From Eledone cirrhosa (taxonomy: Eukaryota), in the NCBI GenBank assembly GCA_964016885.1, contig OZ024743.1, forward strand, positions 6,386,001 to 6,450,000: DNA of 64,000 bases. Direction: 5' to 3'. Below are positions 24,937 through 35,233 of this stretch, one piece after another; within the stretch, counting starts at the first letter, position 1; each line of letters opens with the position of its first letter. Below the pieces are notes generated by a model. That model was not told where the DNA came from and ran no database searches. It saw nothing but the letters and a program-made list of their open reading frames with translations. The translations under genes were made by a program, and so were the position numbers.

Positions 24937-25480
24937 GAGAGTAAAACAAAGAATCCTTTAATACATCAAAAGTTTTTATTAGCCGACAATGTTTTAATTT
25001 GGAATTTTAATGTTGGTATAAATATATTATTATTATAATGTATTATATTGTGTTATATATAATTCCTGCTCTATATAACCAAATTTGTTTAGATTTAAGT
25101 TGGTGGCTTTGGACTATATTTGTAATATGGTTCTTAATGTTATCTACATCCTTAGTTATTATAATTTTATTATTTTTATCTTTATTTTCATTATCGTATA
25201 TCTTTGCAAGACATTAGTGTATGTACACTCCATATTCTTCAGAGTTTCTGGCTTGTATCTGCCGAAATTACCTCTTGTTGTTTTGATTGCCCTGATGAGT
25301 CCTTAATAGGATGAAACATTGTCGGCTAATAAAAACTTTTGATGTATTAAAGGATTCTTTGTTTTACTCTCTTAATTTTTTGGCTCTGTTTAATTGCATT
25401 GAGCTATACCTTTTACTGTCATTTCTATAATACGAAGAGGGTGTTTGACTCAAACACGCTCCAGTATTCTAATCCTTATA
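24933..25480 (+). mobile_element. PLE 3' end with short inverted duplication, inserted in (TA)n
   Basis: 24933-24994 is the inverse of 25314-25375. Canonical HHR at 25286-25330, then AATAAA and a tail. Confidence 0.7.
25286..25330 (+). ncRNA. Minimal hammerhead ribozyme (canonical core)
   Basis: gcc-CTGATGA(25292-25298)-gtcct-taat-aggat-GAAAC-att-GTC(25321-25323)-ggc. Confidence 0.75.
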
Positions 25481-25508
25481 TATATATATATACACATATA
25501 TACACTTA

Positions 25509-25945
25509 CATCATAATCATGGTTTAACGTCCATCTTCCACACTTGTATGGGTTAGATGCTTTTGTTCCATTTGATGTGGGGAATGGTCAGGAGACCATT
25601 CTCGCTCGCACAGAAGCGTCTCTGGCAGGTTTTTTTTAGAGCTGGATACCCTTCCTAACACCAACCGCATTTACAGTGTCTCCTACACGGCCACCTTACA
25701 CTGTGGACTGTTGTGTCATCGACACAGTGGATGGAATGGGAGAGGGAGGGGGTAGGGTGTTATGGTGGGGTGTACATTGAGTTAAGAGGTGCCTACTGAC
25801 TAGATTTGTATGCAATGGTAGTCAGGTCTTCTGTACAACAGCATGGCGCCAAAGGTCTCGATCCAGTGTCATTGTCTTAGAGAGGTGTAGGTGGGCAAGG
25901 TCAGTTTTTATTACCTCATCCCAGGTTTTTCTTGGTCTACCAACA
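25509..25945 (-). mobile_element. RTE LINE 3' fragment (older subfamily)
   Basis: Reverse-complement homology to 37140-37785 (ggtagaccaagaaaaacctgggatgag..., ttaggaaggg(t)atccagc, gatgatg tail). Confidence 0.75.
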
Positions 25946-25956
25946 ACTGCTATTTA

Positions 25957-25987
25957 ATACCCGAGCAATGCCGGGTACCTCTGCTAG
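25957..25987 (+). mobile_element. Isolated Helitron 3' terminus
   Basis: tacccgagcaatgccgggta hairpin followed by CTAG|T. Confidence 0.5.
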
Positions 25988-26112
25988 TATATATATATAA
26001 CGAAGGAAATGTGGTAAGGAACCAGATGGACCAGAATTAGCTGTCGAAACGGCTTGGCTCTGCAGTTGGGGTCATACTTGTTCCTATATATATATATATA
26101 ATAGTCGTTTTA

Positions 26113-26144
<32 letters not shown>

Positions 26145-26820
26145 CACATGCATATATATATATATATAAAATAGTCGTTATATATATATATATATACACA
26201 TACATACATATATATATATACACACACATATATATATTTACACACATACATATATATATATACATATGTATTGTATTATATAACATTCATCATATATATA
26301 TGTGAGTATAAATTTTCTCTCGTTAAGTATCAATAACCAAAAAGTGCTATCCAATTATACTGAGGGCAATAATATAATGTGTAAGTAGACAGACACATTA
26401 ACCTAACAGTTACTGTGTCAATAAATGTAAAAGATTCATTTGTTGCTATGTTTTGTTTCCAGATGTTATCTCAATGAAAGTAATATATCGTCTTGAAACA
26501 AAATATTGAAACATGTGAATGGTATTCTCGTAACCCAGATGAGTTGCTTATTGCTCTGGTGGGTGTGGTGATGGTCGTCGTGATGGTGGTGGTGGTGGTG
26601 GTCGTCGTCGTTGTGATGGTGGTGGTGGTGGCCGTTGTCGTCATCATGATGGTGATGGTGGATATGCTGCAAGGCTATCCCATAAAAACAAAGACCTGGT
26701 ACTTAATCAACTAGAGATTTATACTTAATTATAAAAAGTAAGCTAAGTGAAATAACTCAAATAGTCTAAAGGTATGAGTTTAAAACTCTTGCTGCCATAT
26801 TTCCAATTAAAACCTATTAT

Positions 26821-26925
26821 TTGGCAGTATCGGTAGAGCATCAGACACTATGCTTTGTAGCATAGAGTTATGATCCTTTACGTTCTAAGTTCAAATCCTG
26901 CCGAGGTTAGCTTTGCCTTTCATCT
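26821..26925 (+). mobile_element. SINE 5' half
   Basis: ttggcagtatcggtagagc...gttcaaatcctgccgaggttagctttgcctttcatc. Confidence 0.8.
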
Positions 26926-27765
26926 AATGTTTTTCATTCCATGCAGATTATATATATCATCATCATCCTTTTCTTTGTGTCTGTTTTCCTGTTAGTATAG
27001 GTCAGATGGCCTGTTACAGACCATGTCAGTACGTAAACAAATCTACTACACTTCTTGACTAGCTAGAAGCCACATCTCAACTAACCAGCTTTGGCTCGAT
27101 TTCTACAACCATATGTCCTTCCTAATGCCAACTACTTTACTGGATTTATTTTATCTTGTTACCAGCACTAGAGAAGTTGTTGGGTCATTGACTTGACTAA
27201 AGGGCCTTAAGTATTGAGTGAATTTATATATTGTTTAATGTCCATTTTCCATACTTGCATGAGTTAGATAAGTCATCATGTTATGAGGCAAGTCAAGTCA
27301 GGAGATCACGTTATGTTCATACAGATCTGTGTTTTGGCTTGGTCTTTATGGCTGATGTTCTTCCTAGTGGTCAGGGTGCTGTTTATCGTGACACCAAAAC
27401 AGGCACTTTTTTTTGTGTCATGTCACAAGCTTGACCACAAAGATTTCAAGATGACCCTAATGTGTTTTATATACATGCAAATTTACAGTAGAGAATGAAA
27501 AGAAATTAGTTCATATAAACTAGACTATAGTTTTCTTAAAAATATATGTGAATTTTCAGAAGTAGCCATGTTGTGTTGAATATGGAAATATATTCAACAC
27601 AACGTGCAATGTGTGAAATATATCCCAAACCAGCACACATTAAAATGAAACTTTGAAAAGCTATTCATAGAGAAACCAGTTAATACAAAATTTAATTAAA
27701 TAATCATGACTATTTCGGAAAACCCACCTTTGTATTTTTTTTTATGTAATAAATTTTGAATGAAC

Positions 27766-28345
27766 TACCGTATATACTCAAATAGGTGGGTCGGCTTATA
27801 TTCAGGGTCAATATTTCGATGATTTTCACCAACTTCAAATTCTACGCAAATAAGGTGATAAAATATCTGGAGTGATTAATTTACAATGAAAGAGTATTTT
27901 TCTACATTTCCTATACCACCAGGAGTTTTATTTATGCATTGCCTGGCACTTTATAATACATAAATATCTCATACACGCACACAAACATAAACACATGTGT
28001 GCCAACTGTTTTTCTATGTGACACATAAATTATACAGTTTTGTTTTATTTTGCTTATTCTCTCCTTCCCCTCTCTTGCTCTCGCCCTCTCTTTTTCTCAC
28101 TCTGCCTTTCCTCTCGCTTACTTGCTGTCTCTTCCTCCCACTTATAAAGTCATTACTATACTCTAAATAACACTTAAAACATTTCAAATATTCAAATATC
28201 ATAAATATTTTGTCTACTTATGGGAATTTCAAAACAGCACCATAATGGGTGTTTTAACTGCCTCGGCTTTTAAATGGGGTTTGGACTTTTATCCATTTCT
28301 CAGACATAAAATAGGGTCAGATTATATTCGAGTATATACATTAAT
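27766..28345. mobile_element. Degenerate pogo/Tc1-type MITE
   Basis: Ends taccgtatatactc... and ...ttatattcgagtatatac. Related right ends at about 21190-21285 and 42060-42155 (...tatatggta / tatacggta). Confidence 0.5.
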
Positions 28346-28410
28346 TTCTTTTCATTCGGTACTGCGAATTTACATGTAAATAGAAAAACATTTGGTGCAT
28401 CTTCAAATCT

Positions 28411-28625
28411 TTGGCAATATTGGTAGAGCGTTGGACACCCTGCTTCGCAGCATAGAGTTACAGCCCTTTTGGTTCTGAGTTCAAAGCCCGCTGAGGTTAG
28501 CTTTGCCTTTCATCCTTACAGGGTCGATAAAATAAAGTACCAGTCATGCATTGGAATCGATTTAATCAACTTTCCCCTCCGCCAAATTTGCTGGCCTTGT
28601 GCCTGAATCAGAAACCATTATCATT
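28411..28625 (+). mobile_element. tRNA-derived SINE, long-tail subfamily
   Basis: Consensus match with the additional gatttaatcaacttcccctc segment. Confidence 0.85.
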
Positions 28626-28639
28626 TTCCACTACCGGTT

Positions 28640-29170
28640 GTGTTGTTATTTCTGTTTACCTTTTACATACACATATATATATATCAACGTTTACGTGGAC
28701 CTCTCAAATTCGTTGGATTTTCAAATTGGATTTTCACCCCTAAACTGGATACCAACCCGGAGTATACCTGAACTTCCACCAGGAAATCTTTCGTATCACT
28801 GAAATTTTCTTTGCTTCTTGCATTTAAATATACCACGACTCTCTATCACTTTTCTTCTACTACAATCTTCTTACACCGCCTTCTTCTCACCCGTATATTT
28901 TTCACTCCCACCCTAGTACTATCAACATGCCCAATCCCAAATCGTTTCTCCACCAGCTCCATTCCACTCTCAAACGCTTAAGACATTTTTTCCAATTCAA
29001 ACCCGGCCGTCCCTTCAATCTATCTTATTTCTCATTCTTTCTTCTGATGAAGGACTATCATCAGAAATGTTAAGACCCTCTTCCTGCTATTTCAAGCGTT
29101 AACCCTAATATATTACTTCCATATACTGTACTGATTGTGTTGTTATTTCTGTTTACCTTTTACATACACA
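28640..29170 (+). mobile_element. PLE 3' end: GIY-YIG C-terminal remnant plus degenerate HHR
   Basis: RWIFKLDFHP resembles the PLE WIxxLxTxxPxGLN motif. ctgatgaagg...gaaatgtta at 29044-29072. Shared 3' tail with 2925-3060. Confidence 0.55.
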
Positions 29171-29187
29171 CACACGCACACACATAT

Positions 29188-29231
<44 letters not shown>

Positions 29232-29232
<1 letters not shown>

Positions 29233-31115
29233 AGCAACATCATCATCCTTTTACCTCTGGCATGGCAGGAAGGTACAATTTCTTACAGTGACTGACCAGT
29301 TTCATCTTAATCGAGAATCATCAGATTTTGATGATCTCAACTGAGGTAAACATTGTTAATCACTATAATAGCTGACCATAAACTTCTACCTACAAAGTCC
29401 AAAGAACTAGCATGAGTAAGTTGTTTTGTGGAAGACTAACAGTCACCATGTCACTGATGTTGTCCAAAGGTAAAACAAAGAGTGATAGAACATGGATGGC
29501 ACTAGTGATATTGCAGGTAATCTCAGAATACAAAGGGCCAAAGGAGATACAGCAAGGCATCACATCTGATGCTCTACCAATTCTACCAATCCATCAATTT
29601 GTACTAGTGTTTCATCAAGTTTACCAATCTGGAAAGATAATCAGTATAAATAATTGTTTCTACTTTTGGCACAAGGCCAGTAATTATCCAGTGCATTACT
29701 GGTACTTTATTTTATTGACCCTGTAAGGATGAAAGGCAAATAATGCAAAGTACTTTTATCTGATGTTCTAATGTTTCTGCTAATTCACTGCTCATACATG
29801 TATAAATTCACATACATATACATATATATACATACATACCCACACACAAACATATACATGCATATATATATATATCAACATTTGCATACCCTCAGACATA
29901 TATACACCTAAGCCCAACTACACATATATGAATCTCTCTCTCTTTACTTATATATATATGTATTTATATATATATATATATTTACATGTACACACACACA
30001 ATCATCACCCACAGACATCATGTTGTATGTTTGTCAATAATGCCTTTGCTTACTTAAGAATATACATGCCTGTCTTTCAATATATCCCTCCATATCTCTC
30101 TGTCTATATGTTTGGGTCAAGGAAAACAATGAATTTAAAGGTCAGTACAGAAATTAGAATAGAACTAAAGGTAGAGCAATATAAATTGAAATAAGATCAA
30201 ATTAAAAAGGTAAAAAAAAAAACATTAAAAATAATAAAACATAAAAATTAAAATAAAATTGAAGAAGTAAATAATAAAAATTAGAAACCCCTAAATATTT
30301 TTATTATTTTTATTAATTATTTTCTACATTTATTTTTCGTATTATTTTTAATTTATTTTGTTTTTATTTTTATTTCTATTCACATTTCCATATTGACCTT
30401 TACTCTCATTGTTTTCCTTGATTCCCTGTCTCAAACATATAGACAGGGAGATATGGAAGGATNNNNNNNNNNNNNNNNNNNNNNNNNNNNNNNNNNNNNN
30501 NNNNNNNNNNNNNNNNNNNNNNNNNNNNNNNNNNNNNNNNNNNNNNNNNNNNNNNNNNNNNNNNNNNNNNNNNNNNNNNNNNNNNNNNNNNNNNNNNNNN
30601 NNNNNNNNNNNNNNNNNNNNNNNNNNNNNNNNNNNNNNNNNNNNNNNNNNNNNNNNNNNNNNTACTGGCCTTGTGCCAAAAGTAGAAACAATTATTTATA
30701 CTGATTATCTTTCCAGATTGGTAAACTTGATGAAACACCAGTCCAAATTGATGGATTGATGTGATGCCTTGCTGTATCTCCTTTGGCCCTTTGTATTCTG
30801 AGATTACCTGCAATATCACTAGTGCCATCCATGTTCTATCACTCTTTGTTTTACCTTTGGACAACATCAGTGACATGGTGACTGTTAGTCTTCCACAAAA
30901 CAACTTACTCATGCTAGTTCTTTGGAGAAGGACTTTGTAGGTAGAAGTTTATGGTCAGCTATTATAGTGATTAACAATGTTTTACCTCAGTTGAGATCAT
31001 CAAAATCTGATGATTCTCGATTAAGATGAAACTGGTCAGTCACTGTAAGAAATTGAAGCTTTCTGTCGAACCCATGCCAGCATGGAAAGAAGAGGTAAAA
31101 GGATGATGCTGTTGC
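29232..31115. repeat. Large inverted duplication centred near 30290 (likely assembly foldback)
   Basis: 29232-29682 is the inverse of 30663-31115. 30080-30146 is the inverse of 30391-30462. An A-rich half faces a T-rich half at the centre. Confidence 0.8.
30463..30662. other. Assembly gap (200 N)
   Basis: Seen directly. Confidence 1.
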
Positions 31116-31922
31116 TACTTATGTGTGTGGAAAATAATAATAATGATTTGAAGTACATGATGTGCTTACAAGTAACAAAATAAAAACTTGAAGACTTTAC
31201 ATACAAAGGAGTAGTAGACACCCTCAAATTTGTAGGCCTATGCCAACTGACCTACCTGCCCCCTCCTCTATTCTGGTCTCATTGTGTATGCATGTGTGTG
31301 TACATAGTAATGGAAAGTTTTACTCTGTCTGTGGAGTGTCTGTTGTAGCTATATAGGGTTAAATGGTTTTGTCTTTCTACTGTTGTTTTTCCATGAGGCA
31401 CCTTTCTTCAACTGCTAACCTCAGCTTCTCTCCTCTTTTTAGACTCTACCTTATTCCAGTCGCTAGTGAGACTGATTAATTTGTGATCTTCAGGTTCAAT
31501 AACTTCGTGTCTTTCTTGCAAATCTCCTTGAAATATAGACCAAGCAATCATTGTGTTCTCTTGCCAGGGGCCAGCTCCCTGTAATTAAGTTTTTTCAGAA
31601 TCCTTTCCTTCTAACATGTATGTATATGGTCTAGTCAGTGAATCATTATTCTTGGAGTAGGCTGAAGAAGCTGGTTATTTGGTCATGGACCAGCACTTCC
31701 TTGTTGAAGACTTGATCAGTTCACTTGGTGTCTCAAGCTGTGAGGGCAGAAGATAAGACAACAACATCCATGATGATCTTGCTTAGGGATCCAACCAGAT
31801 CAGTTGGAGATGGTTGCTTCTGACAGGACCCACTGGAAGGAGTATTTGGGTACTGTGCCCCAACGACCCTCTCAGGAATAAGAAGTAGTAATTTTAAATA
31901 AATCTAACATCATTATATTTAC

Positions 31923-32048
31923 TTACGTCCCGAGTTCAAATCCCGCCGAGGTTAACTTTGCCTTTCATCCTTACGGGGTCGATAAAATAAAGTACCAGTA
32001 ATGCACTGGGTAATTGCTGGCCTTGTGCCTAAAGTAGAAACAATTATA
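31923..32048 (+). mobile_element. tRNA-derived SINE, 5'-truncated, young
   Basis: Near-identical to 33880-34010. Confidence 0.9.
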
Positions 32049-32228
32049 TTTACTTAAATGAAGGTAAAATATGAAAAGACAGGAGAAAGAAAGGGTGTAA
32101 CGTAATAGCTAATATATTAGAATAACAAACAGGCAGAGAATATTTACAAAGTCAATGATATTAATGAATATGTAGTAAGTGGATAGATCTAATTAAATAC
32201 ATGATTCAACAAGACATTAATAGCGTAA

Positions 32229-33448
32229 TTTTTTTTTTTTATGTTTCACACTGTCTTTATTGTGTTGTATCAGATGAAAGAATGGTATTTAACTAATGTA
32301 TTGGTACGCGATGGGGCCCACCCACAGCCCCGGCGGACAGAATGGAGAAGGCGTTTCCTCGGAGGACAGCAAGGGAGACGCGCTGGAAAAGCCACTCCAA
32401 CTCACGGGGCTCACACCTGCGGCTGGCCAGCTCAGCGCCTATGGTGGTGAGTAAGGAGGTAGCCCTGGGGCCGAGGACACCAGAAGTTTCCACCGCCAGG
32501 GGAACGACCGGTATTTGAGGAGTTTGGCCCCCTCAGCCCGACGTGCAGCATAACCTGGGTCAGTCGCAGACTGCACCAGGTTGCGGCTGCAGAAAGTGTC
32601 GGTGCAAGTGGCATCCCAGACGAGGGGTTTTCCACCGCGGAACGGGAAGATGGTCATGCAATCTGGCCTTTTGCCGTCCCCTTGATCCAGCCCCACCGGC
32701 TCGAGGTGGGAAGGGAAGCCTGCAGCGTCCAAGCCATGCTTAATGACCTCGTTGAGGGCAGTATGGCGTGGAATGCGACCGACACTGTGGTGACAGGAAA
32801 GAGGGTGGAGGCCGAAAGAGTCCACCGTGGAACCGCAGCGACATTGGTGTGGCTGGCAGATCCGGAGGCCGAGCCTCAGGGAAACGCCGATTCACAGGCT
32901 ATGGTTGTCTAGCTGCGTGCCAGTGGAGAAGGAGGGCAGAGCATGGAGCCAGGCACCACTGTGGGGTTTGGAGGCCGCACGAAAACAAGCAAGGCGGTGT
33001 GCTGGTCGAGCTGGCGCGTGAGCCTGTCTGAGGCCAGGCTGCACTGGATGGCATCCCAAGTGCGTTGGAGGGACTTGACGTCAACAGGGGGAGAAGGAGG
33101 AGGGGCGTCTACTGGGCTAAGTCCCAGCTGGTCCCACGTCTCACAGGCGGCATCACGTTCTCTGAACACAGAGGGTTCTGTTGTGTTTTGAAGAGCCCTG
33201 CTGACGAGGACGCGGCACGAGGTTACCGACGAAAGATACGCCGGCAAAGCTAATGAGATCGGGGACCGGAGGCCTAGGCCGCCATACCTGACAGGTAAAG
33301 TGGCCTGTTGCCACCCTATGTCGTCAAACTTGACGTTGCATATCCCCTCGGCTGCTGCTCGGATACAAGTATCGAGGTCAGCGAGGAGAGATGTCTGGGT
33401 GTAGCATGGAGCGCTGCGGAGTGTATAGAGGAGCTTCGGCAAGTGTAG
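32229..33448 (-). mobile_element. 5'-truncated CRE-clade non-LTR retrotransposon (RT C-term, Zn knuckle, RLE endonuclease), frameshifted
   Basis: WQQATLPVRYGGLGLR; GLHPLSC...RH..LN; EP.GL..GDGKRPD.MT..PF..GKPLVWDATCTDT (PD-(D/E)xK-type RLE); LFQRVSLAVLRGNA. The poly(A) tail appears as T12 at 32229-32240. Confidence 0.8.
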
Positions 33449-33474
33449 CAATAAAACAAAAGTGACAAGTTCTA

Positions 33475-33657
33475 ATAATTGTTTCTACTTTTGGCACAAG
33501 GCCAGCAAATACTCAGTTCATTACTGGTACTTTATTTTATCGACCCCGTAAGGATGAAAGGCAAAGTTAACCTCGGTGGGATTTGAACTCAGAATGGCAA
33601 TGGCCGTAACTCTATGCGTAAAAGTATGGCGTCCGACCCTCTACCGATACTGCCAAT
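33475..33657 (-). mobile_element. tRNA-derived SINE
   Basis: Reverse complement of the consensus. Confidence 0.9.
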
Positions 33658-33825
33658 AGACTAAATACCCAATATTTGTAAACAATATCGGAATATTTCC
33701 AATAAATATACAAGTCACCAAGGTACTGTTGACACAAATTCTAGACAAATTAATTTCTAGTGGAAATGTGTGTAAGATAAATAAAATACTTTAACCTTTT
33801 TATGTTGCATATTTATCCATTATTG

Positions 33826-34175
33826 GATTGGCAGTATCGGTAGAGGGTCGGACGCCATGCTTTCCAGCATAGTTACGTCCCTTTACGATCTGAGTTCAAA
33901 TCCCGCCGAGGTTGACTTTGCCTTTCATCCTTACGGGGTCGATAAAATAAAGTACCAGTAATGCACTGGGTAATTGCTGGCCTTGTGCCTAAAGTAGAAA
34001 CAATTATTATGGATAAATAGTTCAAATCCTGCTGTGGTTAGCTTTGCCTTTCGTCCTTACGAGGTCGATAAAATAAAGTACCAGTAATGCACCGGGTTTG
34101 ATTTAATTGACTTCCCCCTCCCCCCAAAATTGTTGGCCTTGTGCCTAAATCAGAAATCATTATTATTATTATTAT
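33826..34175 (+). mobile_element. Two tandem tRNA-derived SINEs (33826-34010 and 34020-34175)
   Basis: A/B boxes and core in the first copy. The second is 5'-truncated and ends in (TTA)n directly against the RTE. Confidence 0.9.
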
Positions 34176-34195
34176 ACGCCTTGTTTCGGCCCAGG

Positions 34196-35233
34196 ATGGC
34201 TAACATAACCCCCCCCCCCCGCTCCCACCCTCCAAACGCAATCCAAAACTTCAGAGTTGGTACCATGAATGTAGGCACCTTAAAGGGTCACTCTAACGAG
34301 GTTGTAGAAATGCTTGAACGTAAGGAGGTCGATGTTTGTTGTATTCAAGAGACCAGGTGGAGGGGAGGGTCGGCTAGATTCATCATGGGTAAAGAACGAT
34401 GCTATAAGCTTTTCTGGGTGGGAAATGACAATGGGTTGGGTGGGGTAGGAATCATGGTAGCAGAAAAGTGGGCAGATAAGATAATAGACGTAAATAGAGT
34501 GAACGACAGAATAATTAAAATAAGACTTGTCCTCAATAAAACTACGGTGACAGTAATATCTGCGTACGCACCACAATCCGGACTGCCCGGTGCTATAAAA
34601 GATAGATTCTACGAGACACTGATGCTCGCTACCTCCCAAATAACCGACAGTGACTATATAGTTATTGCAGGCGACCTAAATGGTCACGTTGGACAACATT
34701 GTGACGGCTATGACGGAATCCATGGAGGCTATGGGTTCGGTACTAGAAATGAGGAAGGCTCCAGAATCCTGGAATTCTGCGACGCAAATAACTTAACTAT
34801 CTGTAACACTAACTTCAAAAAACGAGACAATCACTTGATCACCTATAGATCGGGGGAACACACAAGCCAGGTAGATTATATCCTTACCAGAAGACGTGAC
34901 AGAGTGTCTGTTGTTAACACTAAATCCCTCCCCCATGAAGAATTCACCTCCCAACATAGACTGATAATTAGCGACCTCATAGTCAGGACGAGACGTACTA
35001 GACAGCGGAAGAGAACTATCCTCAGGAGAAAAATATGGAAGCTAAAGGACCCCATAGCCAGAAATAAATTTCAAAGCATATTACTTGACGCTTTCGACAG
35101 TAAGGAAGAGCAATTAGAGTTGTATAATATAGAGGAACAGTGGGAATTCCTGAGAGCAAACCTGCTGACGGCGGCAGATGAAGTCTGTGGCTGGAGCAGG
35201 CCTGTAGGTAGGAGGAGAGTAACATGGTGGTAA
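34196..35233 (+). CDS. RTE ORF, APE-type endonuclease part (upstream of frameshift)
   Basis: ATG at 34196 (MANITPP..); GTMNVGTL, CCIQETRW, ISAYAPQ, IAGDLNGHVG, QVDYIL, SQHRLI motifs. Confidence 0.85.
   Translation: MANITPPPRSHPPNAIQNFRVGTMNVGTLKGHSNEVVEMLERKEVDVCCIQETRWRGGSARFIMGKERCYKLFWVGNDNGLGGVGIMVAEKWADKIIDVNRVNDRIIKIRLVLNKTTVTVISAYAPQSGLPGAIKDRFYETLMLATSQITDSDYIVIAGDLNGHVGQHCDGYDGIHGGYGFGTRNEEGSRILEFCDANNLTICNTNFKKRDNHLITYRSGEHTSQVDYILTRRRDRVSVVNTKSLPHEEFTSQHRLIISDLIVRTRRTRQRKRTILRRKIWKLKDPIARNKFQSILLDAFDSKEEQLELYNIEEQWEFLRANLLTAADEVCGWSRPVGRRRVTWW

Noticed and set aside
26466-26714. His-rich and Val-rich ORFs
   Set aside because: Translations of a (GTG/GTC/GAT)n trinucleotide tract.
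29412-30912. Duplicated 104-aa and 168-aa ORFs as a gene pair
   Set aside because: They run into SINE sequence and Ns, and are products of the foldback duplication.
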